A stretch of 64,000 bases of DNA from Synechococcus sp. (lineage in GTDB: Bacteria > Cyanobacteriota > Cyanobacteriia > PCC-6307 > Cyanobiaceae), in contig JBJBDC010000001.1 in NCBI GenBank assembly GCA_047285535.1, positions 960,136 through 1,024,135 of the forward strand. The letters are read 5' to 3'. Below are positions 51,532-61,277 of this stretch, in pieces. The stretch's first letter is position 1; each line of letters begins with the position of its first letter. The notes beneath the pieces were generated by a model. It had not been told where the DNA came from, ran no database searches, and saw only the letters and a list, made by a program, of their open reading frames with translations. The position numbers and the translations under genes were made by a program.

Positions 51532-52213
51532 GTGTTCCTGGATCTACCAATCCGCTCAAGGATTGCCGCACCTCTGAAGGAAGGCCATCGGCCAAGATCC
51601 GTCCATTAAGCGCAATCACACGGTCATAGCGATCAAGCGCCTTTCCCCAGTCGTGGCTGCTGACCAGCAGAGTATGTCCTGCATCTGCAAGTTGGCGCAT
51701 GAGCCGCAACAACTGATCGCGCGAAGGAGGATCGATTGCAGCACAAGGCTCATCCAGAAGAAGAACCTTGGAAGGTTGAACCAAAGCCCTGGCAAGAAGG
51801 GCTCGTTGCTGTTGTCCACCCGATAGGGCATCGAGGCGACTACCGCCCAAGGCTGTTAGTCCCACCCTTTGCAGAGCAGCGTCCTGATCGCAACATCCGA
51901 TCACATCACTGCGCATGGATCCCAGCGCAACAAAATCGCGAACGTTGATCGGAAACGACCAGTCGATCCGACTGCGCTGAGGCATTAAGACCACCTGGTC
52001 ACGGCAACACATAATTGGCTGGCCATCGCATTTCACAGAGCCCAAGAAGGGTGTCACCTGTCCCTGTAAAACCTTCATCAGGGTGGATTTACCAGCCCCA
52101 TTGGATCCAACCAAGGCCGTCAAGCTGCCCTTCAACAAATTCAGCGATACATCGCTGAGCACAACACGGTCTCCATAACAGACCCCGATGCCTTCGGCAG
52201 TCATCACCGGCAT
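51518..52213 (-). CDS. znuC: metal ABC transporter ATP-binding protein
   Basis: GSNGAGKST, LSGGQQQR, LLLDEP, SSHD; start uncertain. Confidence 0.82.
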   Translation of the reverse strand: MPVMTAEGIGVCYGDRVVLSDVSLNLLKGSLTALVGSNGAGKSTLMKVLQGQVTPFLGSVKCDGQPIMCCRDQVVLMPQRSRIDWSFPINVRDFVALGSMRSDVIGCCDQDAALQRVGLTALGGSRLDALSGGQQQRALLARALVQPSKVLLLDEPCAAIDPPSRDQLLRLMRQLADAGHTLLVSSHDWGKALDRYDRVIALNGRILADGLPSEVRQSLSGLVDPGTHGCG

Positions 52214-52244
52214 TAGCCAAAAGGGACGTGCAGTTGACTGCAAG

Positions 52245-53633
52245 TTATCGACGGAACTGAAAAAATTCATCCAACTGACCGCCTGCAGGCAGCCAGCGGG
52301 CCAACACCACTTGAGGATTGAGAATCTCTAGATCCAAGCTGCTTCCATCAACGAGTACAGCTCGGCTTCTCTGACCATCGCTATCTCGCATAACTGTAAG
52401 AAGGCGATTCGTAGCCGGATCGACATCAAGACCAGCACCAGAGGCTAAGTACCATCCAACAAGCCGTTTCCGCTGTAGTACCGATCCAGTGCTATCTAAG
52501 AGGAGTAATTCATCTTGAATGTCAGGCGTCGCTTCTCGAAGAACAACCCAAATCCTCTCTCCACCGTTATCACAAGCTGTGGCCATCACCCCAGCCTCAC
52601 CCAACCAAACCTGACGTGGAGGCTGTCCAGGAATCACCAGCTCTATCGAACGGCGGTAATCAGGCCAATTCCTCAGCAAGACAGCCCGGCCTGAGCCAGT
52701 GCAAAAAGCCTTCAGCTCACGACTTCCTGGCAGACTCTGAGGTGAGCTCTGGCCTTCAACAGGATTCATTGGCAGAAGATCAAGGCCTTCATAGGAAGGC
52801 ACAACCATGCCACTGCCATCAGGCAGAAGTCTTATGGCACCTGAATCCTCCAGATTCAAATCACGACGCCTGCCGCGATCAGAACGTATCCACGTACGAT
52901 CGCTACCGACAGGAAGACCTCCTACTTGAACAAGTAATTCTCCGCGCTGATTGCTACTCAAATGGGCAAATAGAAGTGACCCAGAGGCCAATGATTCAAG
53001 GGCACCAGCAAGAGGATCAGCTAAACCGTCAGCCTTTTCACTGAGGTCGCGGGGGGTGAGTTGACGAAGCAACACCTCCAGTTGGGAGGGGGACTTGTCA
53101 CTCACAAAAGCAACCCCTTGCCCATTTCCAAGCGGCTCTAACTGAAGAATGCGCTCTTGAATTGAAGACAAAGGCAGCCATCCACCATCCTTGCGTCGCA
53201 GCTGCAACTGCTCTCCATCCTTGGTGACCACCACAGCCAAAAGATGGGAACGTGGGTCCCACCAAAGCGAGCGAGCACGCATAGGAAGCCCCCTTCGATC
53301 ATCGCCAGCAAGGATGAGTTGCTGGGGCGAACGAACCACTGCACCAGGATCTAACAGCAGGCGAAATCGATTTTGCTGACCAAACCATTGATGCAGCTGA
53401 GCTGGAATAAGACGACTCTTCTCAGCCACCAACTCACGATTCATTGGCCGACTAAACCTGACGTCAAGAGCCGCAGCACCGGAACGAATGGATTGAATCG
53501 CGACGGATCGCAACTGCGGCAACCGACGCAACAAGATCTGCTGCTGAACCAGAGCGACAACTCCTAGACCCACCAATATGAAGATCAAGAGCCGAAACTT
53601 GGCAGACCTTGAGCTACCAAGAGGTGAACTCAT
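52245..53633 (-). CDS. membrane-anchored exported protein (Ig-like N-domain, possible beta-propeller)
   Basis: N-terminal TM; VRFSRPM motif; beta-rich repeats; overlaps the upstream gene. Confidence 0.65.
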   Translation of the reverse strand: MSSPLGSSRSAKFRLLIFILVGLGVVALVQQQILLRRLPQLRSVAIQSIRSGAAALDVRFSRPMNRELVAEKSRLIPAQLHQWFGQQNRFRLLLDPGAVVRSPQQLILAGDDRRGLPMRARSLWWDPRSHLLAVVVTKDGEQLQLRRKDGGWLPLSSIQERILQLEPLGNGQGVAFVSDKSPSQLEVLLRQLTPRDLSEKADGLADPLAGALESLASGSLLFAHLSSNQRGELLVQVGGLPVGSDRTWIRSDRGRRRDLNLEDSGAIRLLPDGSGMVVPSYEGLDLLPMNPVEGQSSPQSLPGSRELKAFCTGSGRAVLLRNWPDYRRSIELVIPGQPPRQVWLGEAGVMATACDNGGERIWVVLREATPDIQDELLLLDSTGSVLQRKRLVGWYLASGAGLDVDPATNRLLTVMRDSDGQRSRAVLVDGSSLDLEILNPQVVLARWLPAGGQLDEFFQFRR

Positions 53634-54319
53634 GGCTCTAAAGGTCGCTCAGGTCGTGGAATGACCGAAATCGTTCTTGGCTTCACAACATTGATGAGGA
53701 TTCCATCCTTGGTCTGGACCGTCATCGTCCCCTCAATAGCAAGCCATTGATCAGGTCTCGGATCGAAATTCTTGGGCCATTCAATCGGAAGACCTGCCGG
53801 GGTGGCATCGGCAAGACAACATCGAACCGTAAGACGAGCGAGTTCGGGAGTCCCCCCAGGTCGCGCAAGCACGAAGCCACTAATTCTCACAGGATCACCA
53901 ACGTGCAAATTTGGATCAGGTTGACTGCGCAGTAGCCGCACCCATTCCGTCAGCGTGCGTTGCTCTGGAGGTAGAAAAAAGCTCAATTGCGGCGTCTCCG
54001 GCAAATGACCGGTCCGATTGGCCGCCAAATCACTAAAAGAGGGTGATGGGGGCAAAAGCAAAATAAGAATTGCCACCGCAGCAGAAACAAGCCAACTCAA
54101 AGGAGCTGAAGGAGCCTTCAAGCGATGGGTGAAGCGCAGCTGCAAAGCGGCGAACACCATCAAAACAACACCCGCAACAGCAACCACCGGATGGAAGAGT
54201 GCATTAAGCAACAGATCCAAACGACTAGAGAGGCTGCTCCAAACCAGTAACCATCCCCAGAGCAGCAAAACCAAGGGAGGCAAGAAAGGCGTTTGACGAA
54301 TACGGTTCAGGCTTCGCAT
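53630..54319 (-). CDS. TIGR03943 / YcgQ-like (DUF1980) permease subunit
   Basis: Three TM helices then G.PVRISGFV, RLTVRCCLADA.P.G, DQWLAIEG. Confidence 0.85.
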   Translation of the reverse strand: MRSLNRIRQTPFLPPLVLLLWGWLLVWSSLSSRLDLLLNALFHPVVAVAGVVLMVFAALQLRFTHRLKAPSAPLSWLVSAAVAILILLLPPSPSFSDLAANRTGHLPETPQLSFFLPPEQRTLTEWVRLLRSQPDPNLHVGDPVRISGFVLARPGGTPELARLTVRCCLADATPAGLPIEWPKNFDPRPDQWLAIEGTMTVQTKDGILINVVKPRTISVIPRPERPLEP

Positions 54320-54323
54320 GGAA

Positions 54324-55283
54324 TCAAAGCTGCACAAGATTGACCCACTGGCCAATCAAAAGAACTAACAAAGATGCCGCGATTGCAGTGATCGCAATCG
54401 CCCGAGTCGACAGCAGCACAGTGAACAATCCAGCCAGCTTGAGATCGACCACAGGACCAAGCAGAAGAAAAGCCAACAACGCGCCTGGGGTTACCTGAGC
54501 TGCAAAGCCGAGAGCAAGAAATGCATCGACGCTGGAACACACCGACACCACAAGAGCCAAAACCATCAGAGCCAGCACTGAGATCGTGGGAGCAGATCCC
54601 AATGCCAAAAGCCAACTTCGCGGCAGCCAAGTTTGAACTGCAGCAGCAAGAGCACATCCAAAAACAAGCAATGCGAGCAGGTTTAAAAATTCACGGGTGC
54701 TGTGCTGGAGCAACTGGGTAGGCCGAAGCGGAATATCCTCCGTTTTTCGTTGAGGCATCGAGGAAGCCACACCAATCAAGCCACTGCGACGTTCTAATAG
54801 ACCAACACTGGAAAGAGGTTGGCTCAATCTCCGCTCCTCAAGCAACGCGGAGGCCAACAAACTCGATTCAGGCAACAACCCCAGAAGAGTGCTGAGGGCA
54901 AGCGCAATAAAAAAAGCGCCGATTGGTCGCGTCCAGAGCAACCAAGTGTGCTCAGGGAATGCAGCCCAAGTACTCGCAAGAACAATCGGATTGAGCACTG
55001 GCGCCGCGAACAGAAAGCCAAAGCCAGTCCCTAAGGGCGCACCACTGGCAAGCAGGCGCCTTGCCACAGGTACATTCCCGCATTCACAGGCGGGTAAAGC
55101 GAAACCAAGTAGGGCTCCCACCACTGGTGCAAGAAGTGGATGGTTTGGGAGACGCTGAATCCATGTCGACTGAGGGACAAACCACCTCGCCAAGCCGGCA
55201 ATCAAAACACCCAAAAGCAAGAATGGAAGCGCTTCGATTAAAAGTCCTTGAAAGATGGCCCAACCGGTAGCGAGACGTACCAT
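54324..55283 (-). CDS. YcgR-like (DUF318/ArsP-type) permease
   Basis: EALPFLLLG, PACECGNVP, APVLNP, SVCSSVDAF, GPVVDLK. Confidence 0.88.
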   Translation of the reverse strand: MVRLATGWAIFQGLLIEALPFLLLGVLIAGLARWFVPQSTWIQRLPNHPLLAPVVGALLGFALPACECGNVPVARRLLASGAPLGTGFGFLFAAPVLNPIVLASTWAAFPEHTWLLWTRPIGAFFIALALSTLLGLLPESSLLASALLEERRLSQPLSSVGLLERRSGLIGVASSMPQRKTEDIPLRPTQLLQHSTREFLNLLALLVFGCALAAAVQTWLPRSWLLALGSAPTISVLALMVLALVVSVCSSVDAFLALGFAAQVTPGALLAFLLLGPVVDLKLAGLFTVLLSTRAIAITAIAASLLVLLIGQWVNLVQL

Positions 55284-55298
55284 CAAGCCTCAAAGCAG

Positions 55299-55655
55299 TT
55301 AGCTCCAGCCATGGCTGGCTTGATTTTCAACGTAGGCCGCAACATCGGCAATTTCATTTTCACTCAGCACATCCAAGAAAGCGGGCATCGCATTTCGCCC
55401 ATAAGTGACCTGAGCCACGATTGCCGTCTCATGACCAGTCATGTAAGTGGGAAGAAAGGCTTCCAAATCTGACTGGCTTAGGGTCCTCTCACTTTTTACA
55501 ACATTGCCGCCACCAGCATGGCAAGCCACACAGTTGGTGTTGAAAATTTGTCCGCCCCGGACCAAGTCAGAAGCCAAGGCACGGGCAGGCATAGTCAACA
55601 TCAACACCAAAGCCAAAGCGACACTTGTCAAAAAAACCATGACGTCAAAGATCAT
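55299..55655 (-). CDS. cytochrome c6 paralog
   Basis: Signal peptide; CVACH; QVTYGRNAMPAF. Confidence 0.9.
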   Translation of the reverse strand: MIFDVMVFLTSVALALVLMLTMPARALASDLVRGGQIFNTNCVACHAGGGNVVKSERTLSQSDLEAFLPTYMTGHETAIVAQVTYGRNAMPAFLDVLSENEIADVAAYVENQASHGWS

Positions 55656-56100
55656 TTGTCATCCATTCTCGTGAGATCTGCAGCACTGGCGATCTGGATG
55701 CTGCAGATCGTTATGCAATGAGTCTGGAAATTATCAAGCAACTCTTGCCGACCATGCATTCGCTCGACCACTGCCGAGCCAGACACCTAAAACAAGGCGC
55801 TCTCCCAGAGCAGTGCGAATCTTTTTCGAGCTATGGCTGAGAATCAGAGACCAGAGGCTATGGACAAGCAATAGACCAAGAGATCATGAAGCCATCAGAG
55901 ATGTTGAGTGGAGTCAGAGCCAAAAGTGGTCGATCCTCATCCATCAGGACAAGGAATCGGCAGGCCTTCAGACTTTTTATCAGTGATAATGAAACGTTGA
56001 CAACTCGTGGGAGTGGCGGGTTTTCACCGTTCACCCGCCGTGACTTCTAGAGACTGAACTCCACCAGAACAGAGACTCGATTGTCGTCGTTCACAGCACC

Positions 56101-56385
56101 TCAATGACCTGCATTGGAGCCATGGTTATGGCCACTGCAAGGCATCCACTTGGTTCCCATTTGATGGGCGCCTGTGCAGTTGAACAGCGATGCAGCCTTC
56201 TCAGCCTCGGCTTTTGTGTCATAGAGAGCTTTCACAGGCTCTGACCTCCCAGGTGAGGGAGAGGGGTCTTTAGCCATGGCCAGCACTTTTGAGCTGTGAT
56301 CATCACCAGCTTGATGATGAGCAAGTACAGGAGTGGTGAGTGACACCAAAGACAAAAGAAGCCCGGCGGATGTGAGGATAGGCAT
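56101..56385 (-). CDS. exported His-rich DUF3721-like protein
   Basis: YDTKAEAEKAA...CTGAHQMGTKWMPC; His at both ends of the mature protein. Confidence 0.8.
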   Translation of the reverse strand: MPILTSAGLLLSLVSLTTPVLAHHQAGDDHSSKVLAMAKDPSPSPGRSEPVKALYDTKAEAEKAASLFNCTGAHQMGTKWMPCSGHNHGSNAGH

Positions 56386-56447
56386 TACAGATCAGTTGGT
56401 AAAAGGTTCAGTGTGATGCATCAAAGTCCACTGGACGTTATGGCTAG

Positions 56448-57038
56448 TTAACGCGCGTCAAACGGAAGTGATGAGTGATGGAGAACAATGCGAATGCTTC
56501 CAGCCTTGGTCTTCCAGAACGTCCAAGTTTTTTCAGGTCTGGCGACGCCACCTTTAGAGTCAACAAGCTTAACGAAACCCATGGTGTTTGCTGTTTGACC
56601 AAACAATTGCACAACATCATCAACAATCTCGCAGCTGGTCCAATGCCGATAAGTTGCAAAACCCTTATCCTTTCCAAATCGTGTGATTGAGGGATCAGGA
56701 CCAACGAAATAGGCCAGCGCTCCAGCACGATCTTGACGGAATGTTCCGTCTCCTCTGGAGTAAGTGGGCTTAAACGCCACAGGGCCGAATTGGAATGCAT
56801 AAGCAGTATCGATCACAGCCTCCGCTTTCGCTTTAGCAGCTTTAAATCCACCTTCCTGATAGGCATCGCTGATCGCAAGCACAGCCGCACACCATCCTTT
56901 CTGAGAGGCTAGAACCTGATCAAGTGTAATCGTATTGTCAAAAACTTGAACTTGACTCTCAGCGAAGCCCGGAGCACTAGCAAAAGCAGAAAGACCAAGT
57001 GCAGTACATCCAGCCACAAAAGATCGAAAATGCTGCAT
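56448..57038 (-). CDS. exported COG4337-like (iota-class) carbonic anhydrase candidate
   Basis: Signal peptide; Q..W, FKPT, GALAYFVG, D.GFA, TMG, KTW, IVLHHSSLPF. Confidence 0.75.
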   Translation of the reverse strand: MQHFRSFVAGCTALGLSAFASAPGFAESQVQVFDNTITLDQVLASQKGWCAAVLAISDAYQEGGFKAAKAKAEAVIDTAYAFQFGPVAFKPTYSRGDGTFRQDRAGALAYFVGPDPSITRFGKDKGFATYRHWTSCEIVDDVVQLFGQTANTMGFVKLVDSKGGVARPEKTWTFWKTKAGSIRIVLHHSSLPFDAR

Positions 57039-57076
57039 TAGTCAGAAGAAGAAACTATTTTGTTGCTAGCTAGATT

Positions 57077-57943
57077 TCATCGGTTAGGCAACCTGGGAAT
57101 CGGCAAAGGCGAAGCGTATCGGAAACGCAAAATCCCATGTTTAGGAGCAAAAAGAAATGCAAGGACGAATAAACCTGTCTGCACAAGAACTATGCACCCG
57201 GCCGTTGAACTATCCGTCCAATAACTAGTATAAACACCTATAAGACTAGAAAGAATACTGCTAAAAATTGCCAAACAACTCATATGATCAAATCGATCAG
57301 TCAATAAGTAAGCCGTTGCTCCAGGAGTAACCAACATTGACACCACCAAAATAATTCCTACAGCTTGCAATCCAGCAACCGCAGCGAGAGAGAGAACCGA
57401 AAGAAGTAAGTAATGAAGAAAACCAGTATTGATTCCAATTGAACGGGCATGGGTGGGATCAAAACAAAACAGGAGCAGGTCGCGGCGAAACAGCAAAAGA
57501 ACAATGATGACAATGAGTGATATCAATACTGTTTGCCGAATATCGGAAAGAGAAATGCCCAGGACATTTCCAAATAAAATATGAGTTAAGTCAATATTAC
57601 TACGAGTCTTCGAAACCAATACCAATCCAAGAGCGAAAAAACCAGTAAACACAAGGCCGATGACGGTGTCTTCCTTAATGCGAGATTTTTGCTTTACAAA
57701 GCCAATTATCGCGACTGATCCCACCCCAAAAACAAAGGCCCCAATGGAGAAGGGGAGGCCTAGTCCATAGGCCAAAATGACCCCTGGCAAGACTGAATGG
57801 GAAACAGCATCGCCCATTAGAGCCCAGCCTTTAAGGGTCATATAACAAGAGAGCAAACCGCAAACGCCACCAACCATGGCACTAATGAGAAGAGCACGCA
57901 TCATGAAGGCGTGCTGCAAAGGCTCAAGCAGAAAGTTGATCAA
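57077..57943 (-). CDS. mntB: Mn/Zn ABC transporter permease
   Basis: LKGWALMGDAVSHSVLPG, KEDTVIG, HILFGNVLG. Confidence 0.82.
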   Translation of the reverse strand: MINFLLEPLQHAFMMRALLISAMVGGVCGLLSCYMTLKGWALMGDAVSHSVLPGVILAYGLGLPFSIGAFVFGVGSVAIIGFVKQKSRIKEDTVIGLVFTGFFALGLVLVSKTRSNIDLTHILFGNVLGISLSDIRQTVLISLIVIIVLLLFRRDLLLFCFDPTHARSIGINTGFLHYLLLSVLSLAAVAGLQAVGIILVVSMLVTPGATAYLLTDRFDHMSCLAIFSSILSSLIGVYTSYWTDSSTAGCIVLVQTGLFVLAFLFAPKHGILRFRYASPLPIPRLPNR

Positions 57944-58710
57944 ACATCCTCCATGGAACTATTTCCAGTCAATAAATCTGGTGGCAGGCCACCAAAAGCC
58001 AAAGAAAGATTTTCCGGAGTAAACACTTCTGAGGTTTCTCCGTAAGCCAAAACAGTTTTATTGATCAAAACCACGAGATCACAGAAATCCCTGACATGCC
58101 TGAGATCATGAGTTGAAATTAAAATCGTTCGTCCTTCTTTACGGAACTGGAAAAACAGTTCAGCCATCAACTTTTCGGTGCGGACATCCACACCATTGAA
58201 TGGCTCATCCAACAGAAGAATCGATGCGCGCTGTGCAATCGCTCTGGCTAAAAAGGTTCTTTTGCGTTGACCTCCAGAGAGCGCAGCAATTGGACGATCA
58301 CCCAGATCAAGAAGATCAACTCGCTCAAGGGCATCGCGTACAGCAACTCGGTCTGACTGGCGCGGAATTCGCAGCACATTCATGGCCCCATACCTGCCCA
58401 TCATCACCACATCCCATACAGAGACAGGAAAATCGCAATCAATGCCTTCATTTTGCGGTACATAAGCAACGGCCTGATCGCGTTGCGCCCTTGCGACGCT
58501 GCGGCCATTAATACTGATGTGACCATGGGACGGTCGAATAAAGCCAGTGAGTGCTTTAAAGAGAGTTGATTTCCCAGACCCATTCATTCCTACCAGTCCG
58601 CAGATGCAACCGGAAGGTAAATGAAGAGAAGCATCGTACAGAGCTACTCTGCCGTTGTAGTCAACGCAGATCTGATCGGCCTTGATCCGCATGAATTCGC
58701 TATCACTCAT
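57940..58710 (-). CDS. mntA: Mn/Zn ABC transporter ATP-binding protein
   Basis: GMNGSGKST, YVPQ, LSGGQRKR, LLDEPF, STHDL. Confidence 0.82.
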   Translation of the reverse strand: MSDSEFMRIKADQICVDYNGRVALYDASLHLPSGCICGLVGMNGSGKSTLFKALTGFIRPSHGHISINGRSVARAQRDQAVAYVPQNEGIDCDFPVSVWDVVMMGRYGAMNVLRIPRQSDRVAVRDALERVDLLDLGDRPIAALSGGQRKRTFLARAIAQRASILLLDEPFNGVDVRTEKLMAELFFQFRKEGRTILISTHDLRHVRDFCDLVVLINKTVLAYGETSEVFTPENLSLAFGGLPPDLLTGNSSMEDV

Positions 58711-59672
58711 GAGGACTTTTCAGCGGATTCAGCCAATCCTTTCCTGATGAGTTTTACATTGTGGCGTTGAAGCTCGAGCAGCGTTGGAGCAGGACCATTG
58801 TGTTCTGATAGCGAATCCACATAAAAGCTGCCTCCAAAGATTGCACCCGATGCACGAGCCACTTCGCGCTGGGCTGTATCACTCACTGTGCTTTCACAAA
58901 ATACAGCCGGAACCTGATCTCGCTTGACCCGTTCGATCAGTTTTGCCATACGTCTAGGATTAATCTGACTTTCAGCATTGACAGGCCACAAATAAGCCTC
59001 ATCAAAACCATAGTCTTGAGCGAGGTAAGAGAAAGCGCCCTCACAACTCACTAAAACACGCTGCTTTGGCGGGATCACGGCCAAGAGGTTGCGAAGCTCT
59101 GCATCCAGCTGATCTAGTTGAAGCTTGTAGCTTTCCCCATTATTTCGATAAGTCTGAGCGCCGTCAGGGTCAAGTTTAGAAAACGCCAGAACAAGTCGAT
59201 CCACATATCCCTTAGCCCGTTGCGGTGACATCCAGGCATGGGGATTGGGCTTTCCAGCATAAGCATCTCCCTCTATCAGCAAAGGCTTCATTCCCTCCGT
59301 AAGAGTGACCGTAGGAACAGCACCAGCTGCTGCAACAAATCGCCGAGACCAAAGTTCAAGGCCCAAGCCATTCTCAATGATCAAGTCAGCATCAACTGCT
59401 CGCTCCAAATCTTTTGGCGAAGGCTCATAACCATGAATTTCAGCACCTGGCTTGGTGATCGATCTCACTTGAAGGCGGTCGCCAGCCACTTCACGAGCCA
59501 TGTCGGCAAGGATTGTGAATGTCGTCAAGACAATGGGAAGTTCGCCGCTAACGACATCTAACTTGTTTGATAATTTTCCTCCCTGAGCACAAGAGACAAT
59601 CACAGACAATATAAATACAGAGGAAAAAATACCCTTGAAAGAAAGCCTATCAGGAAACTTACAGGAAAACAC
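58707..59672 (-). CDS. mntC: Mn-type metal ABC transporter substrate-binding lipoprotein
   Basis: Lipobox IVSC; EIHGYEP, NPHAWM, CEGAFSY, VDSL (His-His-Glu-Asp). Confidence 0.85.
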   Translation of the reverse strand: MFSCKFPDRLSFKGIFSSVFILSVIVSCAQGGKLSNKLDVVSGELPIVLTTFTILADMAREVAGDRLQVRSITKPGAEIHGYEPSPKDLERAVDADLIIENGLGLELWSRRFVAAAGAVPTVTLTEGMKPLLIEGDAYAGKPNPHAWMSPQRAKGYVDRLVLAFSKLDPDGAQTYRNNGESYKLQLDQLDAELRNLLAVIPPKQRVLVSCEGAFSYLAQDYGFDEAYLWPVNAESQINPRRMAKLIERVKRDQVPAVFCESTVSDTAQREVARASGAIFGGSFYVDSLSEHNGPAPTLLELQRHNVKLIRKGLAESAEKSS

Positions 59673-60594
59673 TTCTTTCTCCTCATATATTCCCTATGGT
59701 AAGGGATGCTGGTTTATGCGCTGATTCTTTATGCTCCGCCGCCGTCTACAACGCACAGAGCAGTAGAGCACATCACTCCAATCGCCTTTCCATTGATGGC
59801 GCCATTGAAAACAAGGCCACAAACGCTGTAGAGATTCTCGGATCGTGTACGCTTGACACGACTACCGAAGTCTTGCAAACAAGATGAAATTTAATCATAA
59901 ATCAAATCGATACTCAATCAATTAAAATCAAAGGAACTGAAGAGCAATGAATTGACACACAGGGAGGAAACAATGGAGGCAAAATCTGAAACCACAAAAA
60001 CCTGCAACATCAAAGACGATCTAGTTGCAATATAACCGTAGAAAGAGAATACCGTGAGCGCATACCTGCATTAACAAGAAGATATTTTACTGCATGAGAT
60101 TCATCATCTATGCCCACTCAAAAAGTCTAAGTCCAAGGCAAACATCGAGCCACAAATACAAATATATCTAAAAGAAATATTCAGGATCGCCAGTTAGCAA
60201 ACCAGAGAAATGATTACAACCTATAGCGATTAGAGATTAGTCTCCAGGCCTTAATTCCTAGGCATCAAGAAAAAAGGGTGAAACAGCCTTAAAGATTAAC
60301 ACCTTGAGCAAATCCAGCACACAACATCTGGGAAAATTTTTAATGATTTTAAAAGCAGAAGACTGATCAAGTTAAAACTATTTAGCCCCTCAACCCACCC
60401 AAAAAACTATACACATAAACAAGTTGGACATCGATCACTAACAAAAAGATCTCTCGATGGCAAGATGATGAAGGCATTGCAATAGAACCATCTGAATCGC
60501 ATGACTCTCATCCCTATTAAGGTACAACGAAAAGCAGGAGACGAAGATCCATGATGAACAAGAGCACTGTCACTCAAGAAATCCAGAAGTTGCC

Positions 60595-60783
60595 ATGAAC
60601 CGTACTATCTTCGCGTTTGCGGCTGGCTTCACTCTCGCTGCCTGGATTGGCCTAGAAGCCAGCCCAAAATACTTCGACCAAACAGGTCTAGCCCGACAAT
60701 CCTTTGCTCTCGAGGCACTTGCTTACACCAGCTCAGCAATTGCTGCTGCCTCGGCTACTTATATGATCATCTCAAAAAGATGA
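60595..60783 (+). CDS. small membrane hypothetical protein
   Basis: Two hydrophobic segments; locally higher GC than the flanks. Confidence 0.5.
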   Translation: MNRTIFAFAAGFTLAAWIGLEASPKYFDQTGLARQSFALEALAYTSSAIAAASATYMIISKR

Positions 60784-61013
60784 TTGACTTTTATTACGGC
60801 GTTTTGAATTTAACGATCCATCAGCCAATGCAAGGAAATGTCTCATATGAACTTTAGCCATTCCAAATATCAGATCAATCACCCAAGATAGACTTCAACG
60901 AGTACACACGAAAAGAGATGACTAGTACAATCAAATAAGTTCATCACTAATCTCATGAGAGAGATAAAAATGGGCACCACTTCGAGTAATATTTACTCCA
61001 TCACTCAAGAAGA

Positions 61014-61277
61014 TTGTTAATGATGCCTGATTGGTTTTGGAAGGGAGTGTTGACAGGGGTTTTTGGGGGGATCACTCTTAAATTACTGCAATGGCTTTCT
61101 GTACCACCGAAAGAAGAAATTAAAAAGTTTTTTGCAAAACGCGATCCTGGGAAAAACTTCGAAAACCTTAGGCTCACGCATATTGGCCGATACGGCCATG
61201 TAATTCCAACAAGATGGCAGCTTTTCAAAGCAGCGCTGATGAGGCGAACCGGAAAAGACAAGGCGCAAAAGAAGTAA
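61014..61277 (+). CDS. small hypothetical protein with N-terminal TM
   Basis: WFWKGVLTGVFGGITL followed by a basic tail. Confidence 0.5.
   Translation: MLMMPDWFWKGVLTGVFGGITLKLLQWLSVPPKEEIKKFFAKRDPGKNFENLRLTHIGRYGHVIPTRWQLFKAALMRRTGKDKAQKK

Noticed and set aside
55977..55989. TTATCA-G-TGATAA palindrome as a second Zur box
   Set aside because: Half-sites are in the opposite orientation to the TGATAATnATTATCA consensus and over 300 bp from the next start
56001..56080. GGCGGGT...ACCCGCC hairpin as a riboswitch
   Set aside because: No recognisable cobalamin or yybP-ykoY consensus; a single hairpin could just be a 3' structure
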